In this document: positions 55,501 to 64,000 of the stretch, in pieces | Numbering within the stretch: the stretch's first letter is position 1 | Layout of the letters: each line of letters starts with the position of its first letter | Notes under the pieces: model-generated | Databases searched by the model: none | What the model was told of the DNA's origin: nothing | Seen by the model: the letters and a program-made list of their open reading frames with translations, nothing else | Source of the DNA: Antedon mediterranea | Taxonomy: Eukaryota; Animalia; Echinodermata | DNA length: 64,000 nt | Direction of reading: 5' to 3' | Assembly: GCF_964355755.1 (NCBI RefSeq) | Contig: NC_092676.1 | Coordinates: 30,274,871-30,338,870 of the forward strand | Position numbers and translations under genes: made by a program

Positions 55501-58500
55501 TTCCAAGATGCTTTGGCACAAGAAACTTCATACACTTCAAACCTGACACGTTCCATGAGTCTGGTATTGGATGAGTTCTACCAAAACATGCGTGTAAGTA
55601 CTGTATATGCATGTCAAATGATACAACAGTATTTGTATCTGCTGCATATTCTATGCATGTCAAATGATACAACAGTATCTGTATCTGCTGCATATTCTAT
55701 GCATGTCAAATGATACAACAGTATTTGTATCTGCTGCATATTCTATGCATGTCAAATGATACAACAGTATTTGTATCTGCTGCATATTCTATGCATGTCA
55801 AATGATACAATAGTATCTGTATCTGCTGCATATTCTATGCATGTCAAATGATACAACAGTATCTGTATCTGCTGCATATTCTATGCATGTCAAATGATAC
55901 AACAGTATCTGTATCTGCTGCATATTCTATGCATGTCAAATGATACAACAGTATCTGTATCTGGTGCATATTCTATGCATGTCAAATGATACAATACTAT
56001 CTGTATCTGCTGCATATTCTATGCATGTCAAATGATACAACAGTATCTGTATCTGGTGCATATTCTATGCATGTCAAATGATACAACAGTATCTGTATCT
56101 GGTGCATATTCTATGCATGTCAAATGATACAACAGTATCTGTATCTGGTGCATATTCTATGCATGTCAAATGATACAACAGTATCTGTATCTGGTGCATA
56201 TTCTATGCATGTCAAATGATACAACTGTATCTGGTGCATATTCTATGCATGTCAAATGATACAACAGTATCTGTATCTGCTGCATATTCTATGCATGTCA
56301 AATGATACAATAGTATCTGTATCTGCTGCATATTCTATGCATGTCAAATGATACAATAGTATCTGTATCTGCTGCATATTCTATGCATGTCAAATGATAC
56401 AGCAGTATTTGTATCTGCTGCATATTCTATGCATGTCAAATGATACAATAGTATCTGTATCTGCTGCATATTCTATGCATGTCAAATGATACAACAGTAT
56501 CTGTATCTGGTGCATATTCTATGCATGTCAAATGATACAACAGTATTTGTATCTGCTGCATATTCTATGCATGTCAAATGATACAATAGTATCTGTATCT
56601 GCTGCATATTCTATGCATGTCAAATGATACAACAGTATCTGTATCTGGTGCATATTCTATGCATGTCAAATGATACAATAGTATTTGTATCTGCTGCATA
56701 TTCTATGCATGTCAAATGATACAACAGTATCTGTATCTGCTGCATATTCTATGCATGTCAAATGATACAACAGTATCTGTATCTGCTGCATATTCTATGC
56801 ATGTCAAATGATACAATAGTATCTGTATCTGCTGCATATTCTATGCATGTCAAATGATACAACAGTATCTGTATCTGCTGCATATTCTATGCATGTCAAA
56901 TGATACAACAGTATCTGTATCTGCTGCATATTCTATGCATGTCAAATGATACAACAGTATCTGTATCTGCTGCATATTCTATGCATGTCAAATGATACAA
57001 CAGTATCTGTATCTGGTGCATATTCTATGCATGTCAAATGATACAACAGTATTTGTATCTGCTGCATATTCTATGCATGTCAAATGATACAATAGTATCT
57101 GTATCTGCTGCATATTCTATGCATGTCAAATGATACAACAGTATCTGTATCTGCTGCATATTATATGCATGTCAAATGATACAACAGTATCTGTATCTGG
57201 TGAATATTCTATGCATGTCAAATGATACAATAGTATCTGTATCTGCTGCATATTCTATGTATGTCAAATGATACAACAGTATCTGTATCTGCTGCATATT
57301 CTATGCATGTCAAATGATACAACAGTATCTGTATCTGCTGCATATTCTATGCATGTCAAATGATACAACAGTATCTGTATCTGCTGCATATTCTATGCAT
57401 GTCAAATGATACAATAGTATCTGTATCTGCTGCATATTCTATGCATGTCAAATGATACAACAGTATCTGTATCTGCTGCATATTCTATGCATGTCAAATG
57501 ATATAACAGCTATCTGTATCTGCTGCATATTCTATGCATGTCAAATGATACAACAGTATCTGTATCTGGTGCATATTCTATGCATGTCAAATGATACAAT
57601 AGTATCTGTATCTGCTGCATATTCTATGCATGTCAAATGATACAACAGTATCTGCTGCATATTCTATGCATGTCAAATGATACAACAGCTATCTGTATCT
57701 GCTGCATATTCTATGCATGTCAAATGATACAACAGTATCTGTATCTGCTGCATATTCTATGCATGTCAAATGATACAACAGTATCTGTATCTGCTGCATA
57801 TTCTATGCATGTCAAATGATACAACAGTATCTGTATCTGCTGCATATTCTATGCATGTCAAATGATACAATAGTATCTGTATCTGCTGCATATTCTATGC
57901 ATGTCAAATGATACAACAGTATCTGTATCTGCTGCATATTCTATGCATGTCAAATGATACAACAGTATCTGTATCTGCTGCATATTCTATGCGTGTCAAA
58001 TGATACAACAGTATCTGTATCTGCTGCATATTCTATGCGTGTCAAATGATACAACAGTATCTGTATCTGCTGCATATTCTATGCATGTCAAATGATACAA
58101 CAGTATTTGTATCTGCTGCATATTCTATGCATGTCAAATGATACAATAGTATCTGTATCTGGTGCATATTCTATGCATGTCAAATGATACAACAGTATCT
58201 GTATCTGCTGCATATTCTATGCATGTCAAATGATACAACAGTATCTGTATCTGGTGCATATTCTATGCATGTCAAATGATACAACAGTATCTGTATCTGC
58301 TGCATATTCTATGCATGTCAAATGATACAATAGTATCTGTATCTGCTGCATATTCTATGCATGTCAAATGATACAATAGTATCTGTATCTGCTGCATATT
58401 CTATGCATGTCAAATGATACAATAGTATCTGTATCTGCTGCATATTCTATGCATGTCAAATGATACAACAGTATCTGTATCTGCTGCATATTTTATGCAT

Positions 58501-59951
58501 GTCAAATGATACAACAGTATCTGTATCTGCTGCATATTCTATGCATGTCAAATGATACAACAGTATCTGTATCTGCTGCATATTCTATGCATGTCAAATG
58601 ATACAATAGTATCTGTATCTGCTGCATATTCTATGCATGTCAAATGATACAACAGTATCTGTATCTGCTGCATATTCTATGCATGTCAAATGATATAACA
58701 GCTATCTGTATCTGCTGCATATTCTATGCATGTCAAATGATACAACAGTATCTGTATCTGGTGCATATTCTATGCATGTCAAATGATACAATAGTATCTG
58801 TATCTGCTGCATATTCTATGCATGTCAAATGATACAATAGTATCTGTATCTGCTGCATATTCTATGCATGTCAAATGATACAATAGTATCTGTATCTGCT
58901 GCATATTCTATGCATGTCAAATGATACAATAGTATCTGTATCTGGTGCATATTCTATGCATGTCAAATGATACAATAGTATCTGTATCTGCTGCATATTC
59001 TATATCTCAAAGCAAAATCCAAAATTTTTAGTGCGGATGTTTGCTAAGGCTTTCCTTGGATTTAATGAGGACAGAGGCTTAAGATTTCCCTTGGATTTAA
59101 TGAGGACAGAGGCTTAAGATTTCTCCATTCTTTTCCATTTCTAAATATTTGTTTGAATTTGATTGCAGTGTGTTGGTGTTTCAGCTGTTACTGGTGAGGG
59201 TATGACTGAATTCTTTAAAGCAGTAAGCGAAGCAGTAACAGAATATGAAACGTAAGTTATTGCAAAACACAATACAATAAAAATCATTTTAATTAAAACA
59301 TATTTATATATTTGTCCCGATATTTCTTTCAGAGAATATAAACCAGAATATGAAAAGCTACGTAAAGAAAGGGTAAGTTTACAATTGCAAAGTGTTATAA
59401 TGACATTTAAGTTTTCTTTGTGTTGGTTTTTTTTAGACCCTAAGCTTCCTTGATACAACTATATCTTTATTTATATCTGTTCAGTTATTAAAAGAAGATA
59501 AAGCAAAGGAAGAGAAACTGAGCAAGTTGAAATCAGAGGCTGGTAGTGGAACCAGTGTCACAATGGAAGGAATTATATCTGGTGATGATACAAGTTAGTC
59601 TTTTAGTATCAATTATTAAATGATGGTAAATAGGTACAGTATAGGAAAAGTAATGAGATGTTAAGATCTTTAATGTGGTATTAGAAATGAGTCTTTTATA
59701 ACTGTACTTATCTCTACCAGATGGAAGCGCTAAAGAACAGGAGGTTGCAATCGGATTAGGAGATGAAAATGATGATGAACTGGAAAAAGATGATGTTGAA
59801 GGTAATTGTTATTTTGTTTACTTATAATGCCAGGTGAGAATCAAACCAAATTTACATATATATATTTTGTTTTTTAGGTCGGGAAGAGATCATAGAGGAG
59901 GAATCGTTCAATCGGTTTAAATCTAAAAGTTCCGAAGACGTCATAAAGTAA
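52533..59951 (+). CDS. GPN1: GPN-loop GTPase 1 (XAB1), 12 coding exons
   Basis: Approximate exons 52533-52688, 54106-54199, 54332-54476, 54723-54801, 54986-55079, 55211-55256, 55447-55593, 59169-59251, 59333-59372, 59485-59593, 59721-59801, 59878-59951. Motifs [67 protein letters not shown] and NKTD. Confidence 0.96.
52838..53757 (-). mobile_element. 5'-truncated CR1/L2-group LINE (C-terminal RT region intact) in GPN1 intron 1
   Basis: The ORF has [61 protein letters not shown] and WNSLP. Its 3' tail has tandem TCAAGGTAAA. Confidence 0.92.
55607..59003. repeat. 46-bp satellite (~74 copies, 3.4 kb) in GPN1 intron 7
   Basis: atgcatgtcaaatgatacaa(c/t)agtat(c/t)tgtatctg(c/g)tgcatattct, period 46, very homogeneous. 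Confidence 0.97.
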
Positions 59952-60697
59952 CCAATCTTAACTGCAAATATTTGATTAATTACAAAATTCCAAGCTGTCA
60001 TCATTGGATTTGAACATCAGGCCATCATGATCACTTCCTCTCAGTGGTTCTAAGGTGTGTTTTGTTCATTTTAAGCCATGATATTAACACATATTTATTG
60101 AAGAGTGAAAAAAAAACCATTCCATTAAGGCTTCATTAGCTGAATTGCAGGTGGCCATTTTACATTTGAATAAAATTCAAATAACAAGTTTAATTACACA
60201 TATATTTTTAATCATGTACATGGCAGCAATATGAACAAATGACTGTACATTACATGTATAAATTTGTAGACATATTTTACTTGTAGTAAAATAATTGCTC
60301 ACTAAAGTACCATATAAAATAAGCAGGTCTCTAGTAGTCTTTAGTTCAACTAAAGTGCTTATTAACAGAATTAATATTTTTACGGTAAAGTTGACCTTTT
60401 TATAATATTTGACATCTGTTTGTTTTTTTCGATAAATGAAGATTTTAAAAACCATTCATGACTAAAGGTTTTTGTTACTTTTAAAATGGACGGAGCTTAC
60501 AAATTGCATTTTAGGATATTCTTATATGTCTGGATAATAATGTATTAAAATACAGTGTTATTAAACGCCAATCACTAAGTGAATACTTTGACATCAGGAA
60601 TGGATAATAATGTATTATTTCAGGTCTTAATTTTTTTACGACAAAAAGTTAACTTTGCGATTTTAGAACGCAAGGAAATAAATTCTTGCATTTTGGT

Positions 60698-61470
60698 TTA
60701 TAAAAACCGTTTTCGTTTTGTTTCTTCACCAACTTCGTAAAAGTGAACTCGCTTCTCAGCTTTCTTCTTCAAACTCCAAAGTAATGCAATTAAACAAATT
60801 CCTGGTAAGAATAAAGATGAAATTGTTGTCGTTGATAACGCCGTCAGGGAGTACAGAAGTGTACTAGTAACAATGAGTAGACCAATGGAGCTGATACGTA
60901 CTGCGCGCTGTGTCCCAAAAGCCAACAGCGTTCCCATTGTTATCTCTGATATGCCTATCATTGAACGGTATACATCTGGTTCGATGTTCAATCCTAGGCA
61001 AAGCCATGGACAAACTGTAGCCAAGTCATCAAAGTTTGTTTTCTGTAAAAACAAATTCCTCATGGCATTATTTATTTTATGCTAAGGTTATTCAATATAC
61101 TAGTCTTTTTTAATTCACAAAATTAATGTAATTTCAATCAATTTTTTACAATGCAACATAATGGAATTATTTATTTTATGCTTGTGGAATTGCATTTTAA
61201 TGATTAGGTTTATTCAATATACTAGTAAATTTTTTAATTCACAAAATTAATGTAATGAATACAATTTTATTCAATTTTTTACAATGCAACATATCAGAAT
61301 CAGATCAATGTAATTATTTTGAACACATTTCTATAACTTGAATTTAAACATTGTGTAATTATAATACTTACCACTCGATCATGCAAAGGTTGCAATGGTA
61401 GGACTTTTGTAATCCCAGAAGAAACAAAATAAAGGCCTAGACTAAAAACAATAGCAATTTTTATGTCCAT
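60698..61470 (-). CDS. TMEM35B/NACHO-family membrane protein, paralog B, ~147 aa
   Basis: Exons 61470-61372 (MDIKIAIVFSLGLYFVSSGITKVLPLQPLHDRV) and 61042-60698 (FDDLATVCPW...YRSMIGISEITMGTLLAFG). Confidence 0.8.
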
Positions 61471-62695
61471 TTCAAACGACAACTGGCAGTGTTTGTAGAG
61501 AGTAGAGGGTATGCCACACAGCACTATTGATGAAGGTACAAGGGCTGTTAATCATTTATTAGTTATAGCCTCATATAAATTAAGCACTGAAAATGGGTTA
61601 ATAATGTGGGTATATTGTGATATACAGTAGTGAAGCTTGTCAATTGCTAATGTTAATTCCAAATTTTACTATTTAGCTGAAGTTGGCAAATACCATACTG
61701 AAGTCAATATTAAACCAAAGTTTGTTCGTAACAAGCCTATCACACTTAACTCCAAGAATAAACTACTAAATTTAAGAAATGTTGCTTTTATTACATTTTT
61801 TTGAATAATAAATACAGAACTGTTTTAAGAGTGAATCATACAATATAAATTGAATATTATTAGTACTTGCTAATTAATTATCTACAGAAAACTTTCTTTA
61901 GTGATTTTGTATTTTCTGGTTATAGTGTACTATGAAAAAACAAGAGTAAGGTTTGCTGTATACCATATGATTTCTAAAACAGAAATAAAGTTGAGAATAT
62001 CATCAGTCAAAATCAACAAGTTGTTGGTATACAGGAAACCTTATTTTTGAATAATACAGTTTAATACTTGTGGTTTCTTTCAAACTTTTTAGAATATGCA
62101 CTAGATGGTGAAACAATACTGTATGAATACTTGTCCAAATTTACTAAACCTTACAGTAGGATTCAATTTTTGAGGTAGATTGATCATCTTCATTTCAATT
62201 AATAAATGGTGGTGTTAGATTCTAAATTACATTGTTTTCAAGCTTTTTATCCTAAAACCACAACTAAATTTAATACTAGTTTTAATATTTAAATAATTAC
62301 ACCAAATTTAAATCCAAAATTTCATGATTTACATATAGTGTATGTGTATGGTATTTCAAAAAGTACATTTACTAATTACTAATATTTATTAAAAACAAAA
62401 TCTTAGTAAATCTAATAAAAAATAAGATATACATTGTTGTTAGAAAAATAAATTTATTTCTTACAAAAATTAGCATACATTATCGGAAGTGATATAAATT
62501 TCTCTAAAATGAAAACCCTTAAATTCCCATCACCTAGTATATATAATTATTTTATTGTAGAAGTTGTACTGTTGCTGTTTAGGAATACACCAGTCAGTGT
62601 GTATTTGTGTGTAGTTTTAAAACGTACCATGACTTTGGTTTACTCTGATCTTATTAGAAAGTTGAGGTTCTGTTTTAGTTTAGCTTTTTAAAATG

Positions 62696-63551
62696 CTAGT
62701 AACGATGATGATCACCAAACAGCAACCAGAAGAGAAGAGCACCAAAAACCATTGGAATAGCGATCTCCATAGGCTGTTTCTCAAGGCTTATCAATGTGTA
62801 AGCAGCTCCAACCATTATAATAAGAAGGCCAACAGTACTGAACCAGGCTGCATCAGGACGTCCAAATGCCACCAGCACACCCATTGCAATCTCCACAGCA
62901 CCGATAACAGTACGGTACATATCTGCTTCCATTTTGACACCAACTTGCTTAAGTGGGAATACTTTGTTGAAACTTCTGAAATCGGATACCTGAAAATTGA
63001 AACAAGTTTGTGTTATATACAGTGGAGAGAAAGTAGATATGCTAGAGATACTACTATTGTAGTAGGAGAACGTTTTATTAATACTGTAATAATAAATATC
63101 TATCCATATCCATTTAGTAGTACCTTTCCCAAAAACACGGATTTGCCACTATCCTAGCTACACTTGCTGGTTTTCAAGAACCAATTGACAATATTTATTA
63201 AAAATTATTCTAGGGCTAGGCTAGGTATACTTTATCTTATAAACAATCTTTATTATTAATTGAAGAGGGGCAAAAGCCTGCTGTGAATGTGATGGGCCCT
63301 TCTCAAAACAGACCAACTTTATTAAAATATGATTACTCAGTACATCCCCCTTAAACGAGGCCTAGCTAGCTGCTAGGCTAGTAGGCCTAGGCTATACTTC
63401 TAAATACTGGCTAGGCCTAGGCTAGATAACACTTAATAATAATATTATTTACCATTTTACCGTGCAGTGGTTGCACGGGTACGACCTTGGGTACTCCAGA
63501 TGCAACAAATAGAAGCCCAAGAGCAAGGCTAAGAGCACGATGAAATCCCAT
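62696..63551 (-). CDS. TMEM35B/NACHO-family membrane protein, paralog C, ~130 aa
   Basis: Exons 63551-63453 (MGFHRALSLALGLLFVASGVPKVVPVQPLHGKM) and 62989-62696. FNKVFPLKQVG...YRTVIGAVEIAMG...IIMVGAAYTL parallels human TMEM35B FAEVFPLKVFG...YQIAVGFLELLAG...LMMGAIFTL. Confidence 0.85.
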
Positions 63552-63884
63552 TTTAATTCAATTAAAGTCTAGGCCTAACTAAGATCTTCGAGCAAACGGC
63601 ACACGGGTCAGTGGAGGTGGAGTCGTTTCAGCAGTGGCGGCGGATCGAGAGTGGGGGATTGGAACGTGTACGCCGCGAACGTAACGTCAAAGACCGTGTG
63701 TGTGATGGATGGGAGAGTGAATGCTGCCCTCAATTTGTTTTTATTTGATCAATTTTCTCTATATACACAGCGCGCGCGCGCGCGGGAAAACTTATAATAT
63801 TACCACAATTGTTTATTTTCGTTCACTTCTACACAGTTTTGATTTAAAATAGTTTTGTACTGATTATTTATAAGATTAAAGGGA

Positions 63885-64000
63885 CGGACTCTTAGATCAT
63901 CTGATGATTTTTTACTCTCTGTTCCACGCATAGCCACTAAAACCTTTGGTCATAGATCGTTTTCTTTTGCTGCACCCACACTCTGGAATTCACTCCCCCC
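63885..64000 (+). mobile_element. 3' fragment of an L2-group LINE (runs off the window)
   Basis: Translates to RTLRSSDDFLLSVPRIATKTFGHRSFSFAAPTLWNSLP, the typical end of L2/CR1-group ORF2. Confidence 0.8.

Noticed and set aside
57452-58832. Cys-rich ORFs ([17 protein letters not shown]...)
   Set aside because: Translations of the 46-bp satellite inside a GPN1 intron.
62693-63157. 154-aa plus-strand ORF
   Set aside because: It is antisense to TMEM35 paralog C exon 2 and its intron, with no independent support.

Overview
AT-rich, intron-containing animal genomic DNA (invertebrate-like; the taxon cannot be fixed from sequence). Genes reconstructed by hand from splice sites: DFFA/ICAD (-), SF3A2 (+), a ~1195-aa F-box/LRR protein (+), two beta-microseminoprotein (PSP94)-like secreted proteins (+), Crk (+), APH-1 (-), three TMEM35B-like paralogs (-) and GPN1 (+). 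The dominant non-genic feature is a 13.1-kb non-coding foldback-type transposon (2363-15444) between the divergent DFFA and SF3A2 genes. It has ~170-bp TIRs and a perfect 9-bp target-site duplication, and is filled with ~58 self-complementary ~196-bp repeats whose orientation flips once. A solo LTR and a Helentron-type HINE are nested inside it. Also present: a HINE dimer, a five-copy MITE family, LINE and SINE fragments, a hammerhead-like 159-bp insertion with a 19-bp TSD, a 3.4-kb intronic satellite, and apparent enrichment of TACWGTA and TAGGCCTA motifs. All coordinates and counts were read by eye and no database searches were run.
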